A DNA stretch of 64,000 nucleotides from Patescibacteria group bacterium. Its GTDB lineage: Bacteria; Patescibacteriota; JACPGU01. This document shows, piece after piece, positions 40,558 to 51,928 of this stretch (positions are counted from its first letter, which is position 1; the number at the start of each line of letters is the position of its first letter). The stretch spans positions 216,530 through 280,529 of the forward strand of contig JBAYUK010000002.1 in assembly GCA_041675145.1 (NCBI GenBank). The letters are read 5' to 3'. The position numbers and the translations under genes are program-made. The notes below the pieces were generated by a model, which was given only the letters and a program-made list of their open reading frames with translations, had not been told where the DNA came from and did not search any database.

Positions 40558-41709
40558 ATGGCAACAAACAAAAAAACTAAAAAAATACAGAAGAAAACGA
40601 GCAGGAAAGTGGTCCCTAAAAAGATTCGTAAAGTTGCTGTTAAGACGGCAAAGAGAAGATTGGTTGTAAGGCCTAAAGCGCAAAGAAGAAAAATAGCTAC
40701 AGACACAACTGCCAAGAGCTCATTTCTTAGTTCTATAGTTCATTCACTTGCTCAAAAAGGAAAGCAGGTTGCTGATTACTTGCGCAATGTCCTCCATCGC
40801 GGAGACATAGTCCCGGTAACAGGTTTTGGATTTGCTCAGGGGATTGCGATGAGGTCTGATCATTATATTGCCGTGGCAGTCCCGAGTATTAACGGATACC
40901 CTCAGGTTATATCTGCTCATGTACACAGAGATAGTCTGCAGACTATGCCGCTCATGCACTATCCGGTGCTGCGAGGACTACACCAGCTAGTAGAGAATAC
41001 ATCAATAGTTCTGTTCCTTCAGTCTCAAATACGTAGAATGAGGAGGCAAGAGGAGGCAACTCGACCGTTTCCCGGTAGAGCAAGTGAGCGAATGTATGCG
41101 TTGAGTCGTGGAGTTATAGTGTTCTTTTTAGCTATTGGATTACTCCAATACTTATTTATTCAGATGCAGTCGTTTGCGGTTCACGACATAGGACTTACAT
41201 TTAAAGCGTTCTTAAGCGTTCTAATAGGGATTGTAATATTTCTTCTCTTGTTTGGCCTCATGGTCTCAATCCCAAGCGGTAATGTAGAGATGCTAGCGTA
41301 CCAGCGAGCGCAGCACGCACTAGTACATGCGTATATGAGTCGAGAGAAGATGACCCTTAAGTATCTAATGTCTCTGGAGGTTTCCTACGACAGGCCAGTA
41401 CTCGCTCAGGTATTTTGGACGGTAGTGATTTTGTCTTTGTTCTTGGTAGTGCTCAATGTTCACACCATAAGTATTGTTGTAGCGTTCTTCATGATCTTAG
41501 GCCTTGCTGCCTTATCGTACGCTCTTGCATTTGAACTGGTACATGCCCTAGTTCGACGTGAAGGAGGGTTTTGGTTCTCAATACTTATCACTCCTCTTGT
41601 GTTTCTCCAGCAGGCTATCTTCCAGAAACCTGAGGAACGGCACCTCTTTGTCGGGATGGCAGCCCTAGAGGAGGTTGTCCGGCTCGAGAAGCAGCACGCA
41701 GCGCAGTAA
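40558..41709 (+). CDS. DUF1385 (YqhQ-like) membrane protein with a Lys/Arg-rich N-terminal extension
   Basis: Residues about 80-180 match the DUF1385 pattern (VTGFGFAQGIAM...VAVAV...PVLRG) and several TM helices follow. The first roughly 75 aa are histone-H1-like (KKTKKIQKKTSRKVVPKKIRKVAVKTAKRR). Confidence 0.5.
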   Translation: MATNKKTKKIQKKTSRKVVPKKIRKVAVKTAKRRLVVRPKAQRRKIATDTTAKSSFLSSIVHSLAQKGKQVADYLRNVLHRGDIVPVTGFGFAQGIAMRSDHYIAVAVPSINGYPQVISAHVHRDSLQTMPLMHYPVLRGLHQLVENTSIVLFLQSQIRRMRRQEEATRPFPGRASERMYALSRGVIVFFLAIGLLQYLFIQMQSFAVHDIGLTFKAFLSVLIGIVIFLLLFGLMVSIPSGNVEMLAYQRAQHALVHAYMSREKMTLKYLMSLEVSYDRPVLAQVFWTVVILSLFLVVLNVHTISIVVAFFMILGLAALSYALAFELVHALVRREGGFWFSILITPLVFLQQAIFQKPEERHLFVGMAALEEVVRLEKQHAAQ

Positions 41710-41782
41710 GTTGGGACTTTTTTCAAACCCAGGTTCGCAGTATAATACCTATAATATCAGTGTTATCAGAAGAGGAGTCCAT

Positions 41783-42112
41783 ATGGAGCATAAAAATATT
41801 GTTGAATTGAACGACGGAACATTCGATGCGGTTGTAAATCAGAAGGACGCTGTGGTGATGGTAGATTTTTGGGCTCCTTGGTGTGGACCATGTAAAGTGC
41901 TGGGACCAATTATCGAGGAGGTTGCAGGAGAGTTTGTAGGTAAGGCGACAATTGGAAAAATGAATGTAGATGAAAACCCTATTATTCAGAGTCGTTTTAA
42001 GATTATGAGTATTCCAACGGTTTTGATCTTTAAAGATGGAAAGGTAATTGACCAGATGATTGGTCTCCAGCCAAAAGATATGATCGTTAAGAGACTAAGC
42101 TCTGCACTGTAA
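41783..42112 (+). CDS. trxA: thioredoxin
   Basis: WAPWCGPCK active site. The start is set at ATG 41783 (MEHKNIVELNDGTFD), which has a GAGGAG RBS; the longer track ORF overlaps the upstream gene. Confidence 0.85.
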   Translation: MEHKNIVELNDGTFDAVVNQKDAVVMVDFWAPWCGPCKVLGPIIEEVAGEFVGKATIGKMNVDENPIIQSRFKIMSIPTVLIFKDGKVIDQMIGLQPKDMIVKRLSSAL

Positions 42113-42113
42113 T

Positions 42114-42326
42114 ATGTATATTCTAGAATTCATGTGTTCTCAGTGTCAGAAGACCTACACGATGGCGGCACTGGATGATCACGAAAAGGAACAACTCACA
42201 ACACTTGAACAAAAATCAGAATGCTGTAATGCAAAACTTATCTTCATTAAAGCATTTGATATCTCCCATTTAATGGCAGATCAATGTTGTGGAGGATCGT
42301 GCTGTGATGAAGTGTCCGGTTCGTAA
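42114..42326 (+). CDS. small Cys-rich protein (70 aa), putative metal-binding, unknown
   Basis: CSQC...ECC...CCGGSCC clusters. It is translationally coupled to trxA (TAAtATG). Confidence 0.35.
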   Translation: MYILEFMCSQCQKTYTMAALDDHEKEQLTTLEQKSECCNAKLIFIKAFDISHLMADQCCGGSCCDEVSGS

Positions 42327-42357
42327 CATACAAAAACAAACATTTAAAGGAGGGTTA

Positions 42358-43140
42358 ATGAAACACTATATTGTCTGTAACTGGAAAATGAGTCCGAGCA
42401 GTTTTGCAAAGACTAAAGTTTTAGTTGCGCAATATAATAAGGTTTTGAAACCAAGCAAGAAGGCGAAGATAGGTAACGAAGTAGATATCGTTATCTGTCC
42501 GCCTTTTTTGTATTTCCAATACATTGATGAAAAAAGAAATAAGCACTTAAAACTTGGTGCCCAAAATGTCTTTTGGCAAGGGAAGGGTCCGTACACAGGC
42601 CAGATTTCAGCGGCTATGGTAAAAGAATTCGGTGCTGGTTTTGTAATTGTCGGACATACTGAACTACGCAGGCTAGGAGACACCGAAGAAATGGTGTTTC
42701 TTAAAATTCGCGAGGTACTCAAACAGGGGCTAACACCGATTGTATGTGTTGGCTACTCTGACTGGTTAAAAGAAGTACGCAATCTCATTACTAACTTTTC
42801 AGCCGAAGAGATAAATAAAATGATGATAGCCTACGAGCCACGAGAAGCAATCGGTAGTGAAACGGCATTACCTGCTCAAAAAGTAGCACATGTTACCTAT
42901 ACGATTAAAAAGCTCATTTATAAGCGATTCAAAAGAAAACGATTCTTAGGTATCGTAGGTATCGGTAGCCAAAAGGAGTTAATACCAAAACCACCGTTGT
43001 TATACGGAGGAGGAGTAACAGCTGAGAATTTTATGTCATATATTAATGAGGGTGGCGTACAAGGTTTTATGGTTGGTCGTGAAAGTCTCAAGCCAGACAG
43101 TATTGCCAAGATGAGTCAAAAACTGGAGCAAAGTAGCTAA
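42358..43140 (+). CDS. tpiA: triosephosphate isomerase
   Basis: VCNWKM and IVGHTELRR motifs (equivalents of the catalytic K and H-E). AGGAGG RBS before ATG 42358. Confidence 0.85.
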   Translation: MKHYIVCNWKMSPSSFAKTKVLVAQYNKVLKPSKKAKIGNEVDIVICPPFLYFQYIDEKRNKHLKLGAQNVFWQGKGPYTGQISAAMVKEFGAGFVIVGHTELRRLGDTEEMVFLKIREVLKQGLTPIVCVGYSDWLKEVRNLITNFSAEEINKMMIAYEPREAIGSETALPAQKVAHVTYTIKKLIYKRFKRKRFLGIVGIGSQKELIPKPPLLYGGGVTAENFMSYINEGGVQGFMVGRESLKPDSIAKMSQKLEQSS

Positions 43141-44051
43141 TGCGTATCAAAAAGATTTTTGAATTTGCGGCAAAAAAAGAAATTGCAATCGGGCATTTCA
43201 ATGTTAGTAATGCCGAGACTTTTGATGCAGCGGTTAGAGCGAGTCGTAAAACGAAGCTCCCAGTAATTATAGGTGTAAGCGAAGGAGCAATTGAGCATAG
43301 TGGACTTTCTTTTTTTACTGGGGGTAAGAACTATTACAGTGAGAAATACCAAACACCTGTTTATCTTCATATTGATCACGGAAGAAACCTTAAGATAATT
43401 AAAGAGGCGATTAAAGCAGGCTTTGATAGTGTAATGATTGACGCATCACATTTGTCGTACAACGAAAATGTAAAGATAACAAAACATGTAGTAGATATGG
43501 CGCACAAGGCAGGGGTGTGGGTTGAGGCAGAACTCGGTACTATCGGAGGACGCGAAGAGGCAGTAGAAGAGCGTACTATCCAGTTTACTGACCCGAGTCG
43601 TGCTAGGGACTTTGTTGCTGAGTCTGGTTGTGACTCACTGGCAGTAGCAATTGGAACATCGCATGGTATTCATAAGTTCTCAGGGCCAAGTAAGCTGGAC
43701 TTGAGGCGCTTAGCGGTTATCTCTCAAATCGTATCTGTTCCACTGGTTTTGCATGGTGCTTCGAGTATTAACTCTATTCCAGTTCGTACACTGCAAAGCT
43801 ACGGTTTGCCAATAAAGGATGCGCACGGAGTTTCAAAAACAGACCTTCGTCGTGCTATCTCCCTTGGGATTAAAAAAATAAATGTGGATACAGATCTACA
43901 GCTCGCGATGATATCTGCTATGTTTTCATACTGCTATCATCCAAATAGTGACCTGAAGGTATATAAAATGCTTGACCAGGCAAGTGATGCGATGGAAAAA
44001 GAAGTAATAAAACATATTCGTTTTTTTGCAGGCTATGATGAAACAATCTAA
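43140..44051 (+). CDS. fba: class II fructose-bisphosphate aldolase
   Basis: IGHFNVSN, the HIDHG metal-binding site and the later DxSH motif. Its start overlaps the tpiA stop (TAATG). Confidence 0.85.
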   Translation: MRIKKIFEFAAKKEIAIGHFNVSNAETFDAAVRASRKTKLPVIIGVSEGAIEHSGLSFFTGGKNYYSEKYQTPVYLHIDHGRNLKIIKEAIKAGFDSVMIDASHLSYNENVKITKHVVDMAHKAGVWVEAELGTIGGREEAVEERTIQFTDPSRARDFVAESGCDSLAVAIGTSHGIHKFSGPSKLDLRRLAVISQIVSVPLVLHGASSINSIPVRTLQSYGLPIKDAHGVSKTDLRRAISLGIKKINVDTDLQLAMISAMFSYCYHPNSDLKVYKMLDQASDAMEKEVIKHIRFFAGYDETI

Positions 44052-45048
44052 AAAATACAAATACGACATTATCGCTGTCGGGGGCATAGTTCGCGATATG
44101 TTTGTAGTGGCTCCCGCTACTATTTTGCCAGCTAAAAAAATATTTGGTGAAAAACAAAATTATCTAGCATACCCATACGGAGATAAGATTCCGGTAACAG
44201 AAGTGCACTATGATCTTGGTGGTGAAGCGTGTAATGCAGCGGTTGGTATGAGTAAATGTGGTCTAAAAGTTGCGTTTGGGGCAGTGATCGGAAATAAAGT
44301 TTCAAGAGAGCAAGCAACAAAAGTTTTGAAGAAGTATGGAATAAACGATCGCTATGTATATAACGGCACACAACAAGAAAGAGGATTTTCTTTAGTTATG
44401 GTAGGTCCCGACGGAGATCGCACTATTTTTGTATACAGAGAGAAAAACGATTACAGAAAGATTGATGTTGAAGATATGATGAAGCATTCTGCGTCCATGT
44501 TTGTAGCAGGAATAGATAAGTCTAGTGACTTTTTGCTTCCAGCAATCATTGACCATATGTGCTGCAACGGCAAGTCTCTCTATGTAAACCCAAGCTCATA
44601 CCAGCTACGCAAAAAAAATAGAAAAAAACTTCACGAGTTGCTGCAGTATACCGATATTGTATGCTTGAACCTTATAGAAGCGGCAACGCTGATTGGACAT
44701 AACCATACATCACTGAAGCACCTGCTTGAGCAAGTAAAGTCTTTGGGTCCAAAGATTGTAGTTATTACCTTGGGCAACGAAGGCTCAGTCTGCTTTGATG
44801 GAAACAGCTTTTACAAAGCAGGTATTATCAAAACGAAACGAGTAGATAGTACCGGAGCAGGAGATTGTTTTTTTGCAACTTTTATAGCAACGTATCGTAA
44901 AACTGGAGATATCCAGATGGCGCTACGGTATGCTACGATAAACGCAAGTTATGTAGTGACAGGATATGGAGGCCAAAAACCGTTATTGTCTTGGTCGCAG
45001 ATTGTAGATAAGTCTAAGAAGCTCCGCCTTAAAGTTGGTAAAATATAA
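44026..45048 (+). CDS. PfkB-family carbohydrate kinase (ribokinase/phosphofructokinase-B-like)
   Basis: N-terminal GG motif (AVGGIVRDMF, GGEACNAAVG) and the C-terminal anion hole TGAGDCFFATFIA. Confidence 0.75.
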   Translation: MQAMMKQSKKYKYDIIAVGGIVRDMFVVAPATILPAKKIFGEKQNYLAYPYGDKIPVTEVHYDLGGEACNAAVGMSKCGLKVAFGAVIGNKVSREQATKVLKKYGINDRYVYNGTQQERGFSLVMVGPDGDRTIFVYREKNDYRKIDVEDMMKHSASMFVAGIDKSSDFLLPAIIDHMCCNGKSLYVNPSSYQLRKKNRKKLHELLQYTDIVCLNLIEAATLIGHNHTSLKHLLEQVKSLGPKIVVITLGNEGSVCFDGNSFYKAGIIKTKRVDSTGAGDCFFATFIATYRKTGDIQMALRYATINASYVVTGYGGQKPLLSWSQIVDKSKKLRLKVGKI

Positions 45049-45049
45049 T

Positions 45050-46519
45050 ATGAATACTTTTTTTTCTCATATTCACGAAGGAAACATCTACCACTATCTT
45101 TCTGGTGGTGTTTGGCAGGTAAGTGGACCGGGAAAACTTCTCGATGTGATCTCGCCAATAGACCAAAGTGTAGTTGGCCGTGTACAAGCAATGAGCAAAG
45201 AAGAAATAGATAGAGTTATTTCTAATTCTTCTGTTTCACAAAAAGAATGGAAAGAGATGGAAATATCTGATCGTGCTGCAATACTTAAAAAAGCCGCACA
45301 GTTACTACGTGACCACTGCGAGGAAGTTGCACTCATGCAAGTACTCGAAGTGGGTAAGTTAGTTTCTGGATCGAGAAAAGAGATTATGCGTACTGCAGAC
45401 ATCATAGACTATACTGCAGGCCTTATAGATACCGCAAATGAACAAACAGTATTAGAGGGGAGCGAGTTCTCGCAAGACGCTGCACATAAGACAGCACATG
45501 TGTTGCGCGAACCACACGGAGTAGTGCTGGCTATTGGTCCATTCAACTACCCAGTAAACCTATTGGCTACAAAAATTGCTCCCGCACTTATGATGGGAAA
45601 TTCAGTAGTAGTAAAAGCCTCACTGCAAGGAACATTATCTGCTCTCATGTTAGTTGAGATCTTTAACCAAGCAGGAGTTCCTGCTGGAGTGATCTCGGCT
45701 GTCACAGGGGACAGTCACGAGATCGGGGATTATCTCGTATCTCACCCTGATATCGCGATGGTGAGTTTCACGGGCAGTACTACAACAGGTAAGCGTATCG
45801 CACAGCTTGCAGGGAACAAGCCACTCCAACTTGAGATGGGTGGTAAGGACGCGGCTCTCGTACTTTCTGATGCGGATCTCGACCGTGCAGCAGAGGAAAT
45901 TGTAGCTGGCGCCTTTTCCTATGCCGGACAACGCTGTACGGCAATAAAGCGGGTTCTGGCGCATGTAGATATAGTAGAGGAGCTTACACACAAGATAGCT
46001 ACCATTACACGAGAAAAATACCACCTAGTAGGGGATCCACGAGACGAAAAGAGTCAGATGGGACCACTCATTTCTATAAAACAAGCAGAATATGCCTCGG
46101 AGCTCCTTGAAGATGCTACAGCTTCAGGGGCAAAGATACTCGTAGGCGGGGAAGTAAAGCTCAATTATATGGATGTATTTGTTTTGTCTCAGGTAACAGG
46201 AGACATGCGTATAGCCTGGGAGGAACAGTTTGCTCCAATTCTACCGATCATTACCTGTGAGTCTGAAGAGCAGATGATTATTCTTCATAACCAAAGCCAA
46301 TATGGGCTTGGGGTAAGTATCTTTACGCAGAACATTGAACAGGCGAGAGAAATTGCTGGTAAGTTACAAGCTGGGGTTATCCAGATTAATGCAAAGAGTG
46401 AACGGTATCCCGATCATTTCCCGTTCCTTGGAGTAAAGGATTCAGGTCTCGGAGTACAGGGAATTGCCTGGTCAATGCAAGCAGTGAGCAGGGTAAAGAG
46501 TGTGGTATATAACAAATAA
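45050..46519 (+). CDS. gapN: NADP-dependent non-phosphorylating glyceraldehyde-3-phosphate dehydrogenase
   Basis: ALDH superfamily with the GapN-specific pattern GPFNYPVNLLATKIAPALMMGNSVVVK, ELGGKDAALV, catalytic AGAFSYAGQRCTAIKRVL and MRIAWEEQFAPILPII. Confidence 0.85.
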   Translation: MNTFFSHIHEGNIYHYLSGGVWQVSGPGKLLDVISPIDQSVVGRVQAMSKEEIDRVISNSSVSQKEWKEMEISDRAAILKKAAQLLRDHCEEVALMQVLEVGKLVSGSRKEIMRTADIIDYTAGLIDTANEQTVLEGSEFSQDAAHKTAHVLREPHGVVLAIGPFNYPVNLLATKIAPALMMGNSVVVKASLQGTLSALMLVEIFNQAGVPAGVISAVTGDSHEIGDYLVSHPDIAMVSFTGSTTTGKRIAQLAGNKPLQLEMGGKDAALVLSDADLDRAAEEIVAGAFSYAGQRCTAIKRVLAHVDIVEELTHKIATITREKYHLVGDPRDEKSQMGPLISIKQAEYASELLEDATASGAKILVGGEVKLNYMDVFVLSQVTGDMRIAWEEQFAPILPIITCESEEQMIILHNQSQYGLGVSIFTQNIEQAREIAGKLQAGVIQINAKSERYPDHFPFLGVKDSGLGVQGIAWSMQAVSRVKSVVYNK

Positions 46520-46556
46520 TTTGTCCTAGTAGCTTATTTTTGCTACAATACCGTTT

Positions 46557-47897
46557 ATGAAATCAACTACAACCAAGCTATCAGATAGCAAAATTAAGTT
46601 TGAGATAACAGGAACTGGGCAAGAGATTGCTCCTTTTTTTGACCGCGCAGCAGAAAAACTCAGTGAAACTTTGAGTATTAAAGGCTTTCGACCAGGTAAG
46701 GTACCGACAAAAGTAGCTCGTGAGGCGATAGGAGAGCATGCAATAGAGCATGAAGCACAAGAGCTGGCTATCCAGGACTCATACTATGAATTTGTACAGA
46801 AAGAAGATATCACACCAGTAGCTCCGCCAACAGATATTAAGATTAGCACATTCTCAACAGTAGACGGACTTATCTGGGAAGGAATTGTCGAGATTATTCC
46901 CGCTATTACTATCACCGACTGGAAGAAGGCAATTGCGGACAAGAAGCCGGCAATTGCCTTAGATGAGATAAAGGCAACAGAGGACGAGGTTGCTCAAACA
47001 CTCTCTGAATTGTCTCGTAATCTCGCTACAAGTGAAGAGAAGGATGGTCCGGGCGAGAAAGGTGACTGGATGAAGATAGATATTGATGTAGCAGAACATG
47101 CCCAGCTTACTGAAGACCAGAAGACGAAAGTACGCGCAACCGGTATTGGGTTAGTACTTGGAGATAGTCGTTTCATTCCAGGATTTGAGGACCATTTGAT
47201 GGGAGTTAAAGCAGGGGAAAAGAAGACATTTGATCTTACCTTCCCGTCTGATTATTTTGTAAATGACCTTGCAGCTTTAGCTGTGCCATTTGTTGTCACT
47301 GTCCAGGAAGTAAAGAAAGTTATTCTTCCTGAACTCGACGATGAATTTGCTCAAAAGTACGGTGCGCCGACACTTGATGAGATGAAGAAACAGATAGAAG
47401 ACAATGCAAGTACCCATAAACGCCAGGAAGCTCAAGAAGCATTTGAAAATGAACTTCTCGAAGCTCTTATTGAGAGCATTACATTTGAAGCACCAAAGGC
47501 ACTAGTTGAGCAAGAGAAGGATATGATCACGAGTCGCTTCCGCCGAAACGTCGAGGAGAAGCAACGCATTCCTTTTAATGATTACTTACAGGCTATTAAG
47601 TCAGATGAAGTGCAATTACGAGAAAGTTTCGCATCTCAAGCAGAGAAGAATGTTAGAATAGGATTAGTACTCGGACAGATTACGCGTGAAGAGAACATTG
47701 ACGTCACAGATAACGAGATAGATGAGATGATGATGGCGGATATTATGCAGCAGACGCTCGCTAATCGCGGTGAAAAAGTAGAGGAAATGGAGCGCGAAAT
47801 CCGTGCACGCTACAAGAACGAAGATTTTGTCGCGTCTCTAAAAAACAGTATCCGTGCTCGCAAAACCATGGATCTAATCGTTAATTCAACAAAATAA
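46557..47897 (+). CDS. tig: trigger factor
   Basis: N-terminal ribosome-binding domain (GFRPGKVP signature), an FKBP-like middle domain and a C-terminal arm. Confidence 0.9.
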   Translation: MKSTTTKLSDSKIKFEITGTGQEIAPFFDRAAEKLSETLSIKGFRPGKVPTKVAREAIGEHAIEHEAQELAIQDSYYEFVQKEDITPVAPPTDIKISTFSTVDGLIWEGIVEIIPAITITDWKKAIADKKPAIALDEIKATEDEVAQTLSELSRNLATSEEKDGPGEKGDWMKIDIDVAEHAQLTEDQKTKVRATGIGLVLGDSRFIPGFEDHLMGVKAGEKKTFDLTFPSDYFVNDLAALAVPFVVTVQEVKKVILPELDDEFAQKYGAPTLDEMKKQIEDNASTHKRQEAQEAFENELLEALIESITFEAPKALVEQEKDMITSRFRRNVEEKQRIPFNDYLQAIKSDEVQLRESFASQAEKNVRIGLVLGQITREENIDVTDNEIDEMMMADIMQQTLANRGEKVEEMEREIRARYKNEDFVASLKNSIRARKTMDLIVNSTK

Positions 47898-47898
47898 C

Positions 47899-48915
47899 AT
47901 GAAAAAGGCACTTATTACCGGTATTACCGGACAAGACGGAAGTTATCTTGCAGAATTACTCCTTGAAAAGGGGTATGAAGTGTACGGTATTGTGCGTCGT
48001 TCAAGTGAGCGCGTCTCGACACGCATTACGCATATCCTGGATCGCGTAAAGATCATTGAAGGGGATATTACTGACTTTGAATCAGTGCTCGACATCATGC
48101 GACGTGTTCATCCAGACGAGGTATATAACCTGGCTGCACAATCTCATGTTGGGTATTCTTTCAAGGCCCCAATAGCGACGCTTGCAGCGAGTGGAGAAAG
48201 CGTCTTAATTCTCTTGGAAGCAATCCGTGAAGTGGACTCAAAGATTAAGTTCTATCAGGCATCTACTTCGGAGTTGTACGGAGGAGATCTAGGTACTGAG
48301 CCACAAAACGAGAAGACCGTTTTTAACCCACATAGTCCGTACGCAATTGCCAAACTAGCAGCGTTCCATTACGTGAAGCTGTACCGCGAATCGTATGGTA
48401 TGTTTGCCTGTAATGGTATTTTGTTTAACCACGAATCACCACGCAGAGGAGAGGATTTTGTAACGCGTAAAATAACTCGTGCCTTAACGAGAGTTACGCT
48501 TGAAAAACAGGAAGTACTTGAACTGGGCAACACGGACGCGAAACGCGACTGGGGTTTTGCTGGAGACTACGTTGAAGGAATGTGGCGTATGTTGCAAGCA
48601 GACAAGCCAGAAGACTTCGTACTCGCTACAAATGAAACCCATACCGTACGTGAATTTGTTGAAAAAACATGGCAGCATCTCGGAGGAACTATTATCTGGG
48701 AAGGAACAGGGAAGGAAGAGACTGGAAAAGATGAGGGAACAGGGAAGATTATAGTGCGAATCAACCCTGAGTTTTATCGTCCAGGTGAAGTACATCTTCT
48801 TTTAGGAGACAGTACAAAAGCGAGGACTGTGCTTGGATGGGATCCGCAGGTAGGGTTTGAGAAACTCGTTGCTATGATGGTGGATTCAGACCTTGAGCTA
48901 GCACGAAAAGAATAA
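47899..48915 (+). CDS. gmd: GDP-mannose 4,6-dehydratase
   Basis: Rossmann fold [33 protein letters not shown] and the SDR catalytic motifs (STSELYG, YAIAK). Confidence 0.9.
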   Translation: MKKALITGITGQDGSYLAELLLEKGYEVYGIVRRSSERVSTRITHILDRVKIIEGDITDFESVLDIMRRVHPDEVYNLAAQSHVGYSFKAPIATLAASGESVLILLEAIREVDSKIKFYQASTSELYGGDLGTEPQNEKTVFNPHSPYAIAKLAAFHYVKLYRESYGMFACNGILFNHESPRRGEDFVTRKITRALTRVTLEKQEVLELGNTDAKRDWGFAGDYVEGMWRMLQADKPEDFVLATNETHTVREFVEKTWQHLGGTIIWEGTGKEETGKDEGTGKIIVRINPEFYRPGEVHLLLGDSTKARTVLGWDPQVGFEKLVAMMVDSDLELARKE

Positions 48916-48928
48916 AAACGGGTAGGAC

Positions 48929-48957
48929 TCGACACCTCCTTAGCACTCTGGTATAAT
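48929..48957 (+). promoter_or_regulatory. sigma70-type promoter for clpP with an extended -10
   Basis: TCGACA-17 nt-TGgTATAAT. The -10 lies 22 nt upstream of the clpP ATG. Confidence 0.55.
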
Positions 48958-48971
48958 GAGTGCTAAGGAGG
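48935..48971 (+). promoter_or_regulatory. perfect 14-bp inverted repeat bracketing the clpP -10 and containing its RBS
   Basis: CCTCCTTAGCACTC-tggtataat-GAGTGCTAAGGAGG. The right arm carries the AAGGAGG Shine-Dalgarno. Confidence 0.5.
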
Positions 48972-48979
48972 TTCTTTTT

Positions 48980-49579
48980 ATGATAACTAAAACTACGAAA
49001 AATTATCTCGTACCGATGGTAGTGGAGCAAAAGGGTCAGATGGAGCGCTCGTACGATATCTACTCACGACTATTGAAAGATCGCATTATTTTTCTCGGTG
49101 AAGCAATCGATGATGGCTTGGCTAATCTTGTGATTGCTCAGCTATTATTTCTAGCAGCAGAAGACCCGAAAAAAGATATTCACCTCTATATCAACTCTCC
49201 TGGGGGAGTAGCTACGGCTGGTCTGGCAATTTATGACACGATGCAGCACATTAAACCTGATATATCTACTATCTGTGTGGGTCAGGCCGCTTCAGCAGCA
49301 GCGATCATACTTGCCGGTGGTGCTAAAGGAAAGCGTATGTCGCTTCCGAGCTCACGGATTATGATTCACCAGCCTTTAGGTGGAGCAGAAGGTCAGGCAA
49401 CTGAGATTGAAATTAGGGCACGTGAAATATTGCGTCTTAAAAAATACGTGAATGAATTACTTGCAAAAGATAGTGGTCAACCTGTTTCTAAGGTAGAACA
49501 TGATACGGATCGAGACTTTTTCATGAGTCCTGATGAGGCAAAAAAATACGGCCTCATCGACACTGTTCTTACGGCATAA
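48980..49579 (+). CDS. clpP: ATP-dependent Clp protease proteolytic subunit
   Basis: [18 protein letters not shown] (catalytic Ser) and MIHQP (catalytic His). The start is at ATG 48980, 8 nt after AAGGAGG. Confidence 0.9.
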   Translation: MITKTTKNYLVPMVVEQKGQMERSYDIYSRLLKDRIIFLGEAIDDGLANLVIAQLLFLAAEDPKKDIHLYINSPGGVATAGLAIYDTMQHIKPDISTICVGQAASAAAIILAGGAKGKRMSLPSSRIMIHQPLGGAEGQATEIEIRAREILRLKKYVNELLAKDSGQPVSKVEHDTDRDFFMSPDEAKKYGLIDTVLTA

Positions 49580-49609
49580 ATACAGAACAATTTACAGTAT
49601 TATAAAAAG

Positions 49610-49634
49610 TCCAGATAAGAGTCTGGATTTTTTA
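49610..49634 (+). terminator. rho-independent terminator after clpP
   Basis: TCCAGA-taagag-TCTGGA followed by TTTTTT. Confidence 0.65.
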
Positions 49635-49647
49635 TATAATTTCCTCC

Positions 49648-49676
49648 TTGACTACCTGCTTTTTCCTCGCTATAAT
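49648..49676 (+). promoter_or_regulatory. rRNA operon promoter
   Basis: TTGACT-17 nt-TATAAT, about 170 nt upstream of the 16S 5' end. Confidence 0.6.
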
Positions 49677-49845
49677 GACCCGAGAAATAGTTCATGCTAT
49701 TTTCAAAACAATTAAGACAACAAAGATTTCAAACTCATTGAATGGTTTGTTTTTTTGTCTCTCGATTGGTCGGACCTTAAGAACTGGAAGATGATAAGAA
49801 TGTGCTCAAGATTGTGAAATTTTGAAGCTCTATCTAGAGCTTTGT

Positions 49846-51410
<1,565 letters not shown>

Positions 51411-51584
51411 AAGGAGAAAGATTTCAAAGAAATTTGAAATTCTAGGTCGCGATCAAACATTCGTGTTTGATATGTATTGTGAAGAGCACTTCTTATCATC
51501 TTTAAGTTCTGAAGGCCGGGAGCGTAACGCAAGTTGCGCTTTCTTGGTAAATAGGCTAGGATTATCTGGTGGAATTAGACGTGA

Positions 51585-51658
51585 GGGCGTGTAGCTCAGG
51601 TGGTTAGAGCGCTACACTGATAATGTAGAGGTCGGAGGTTCGAGTCCTCCCATGCCCA
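51585..51658 (+). tRNA. tRNA-Ile (GAT)
   Basis: Acceptor GGGCGTG/CATGCCC, anticodon stem CTACA/TGTAG with loop CTGATAA, T-arm GGAGG-TTCGAGT-CCTCC. It lies in the 16S-23S spacer. Confidence 0.9.
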
Positions 51659-51675
51659 CTTTTAAACACATACAC

Positions 51676-51921
51676 ATGATATTTCAACAGTTTGTAATCT
51701 TGATTTTAGGAGTTGGCATTGGTATACTCATCCTCGTGTATCGTCGCGAGATTGTGCGTACCGTGGGGTTATCTGGTTGGGCAGAACGCGTCTTTGGTGG
51801 TGGTGGCACCCATACAATGTGGCAACTGATCGGGCTACTACTTATTATCGGAACGGTTCTGTATTCAACAGGAAAGTTAACTGCAGTATTTGATAGTATC
51901 TTTCACGCGATTGGGTTATAA
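51676..51921 (+). CDS. hypothetical 81-aa hydrophobic ORF between tRNA-Ile and tRNA-Ala (uncertain)
   Basis: The only stop-free frame spanning the 270-nt tRNA-Ile/tRNA-Ala spacer. It predicts two TM helices (FVILILGVGIGILILV, LIGLLLIIGTVLY). There is no obvious Shine-Dalgarno. Confidence 0.25.
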   Translation: MIFQQFVILILGVGIGILILVYRREIVRTVGLSGWAERVFGGGGTHTMWQLIGLLLIIGTVLYSTGKLTAVFDSIFHAIGL

Positions 51922-51928
51922 AACGCGT

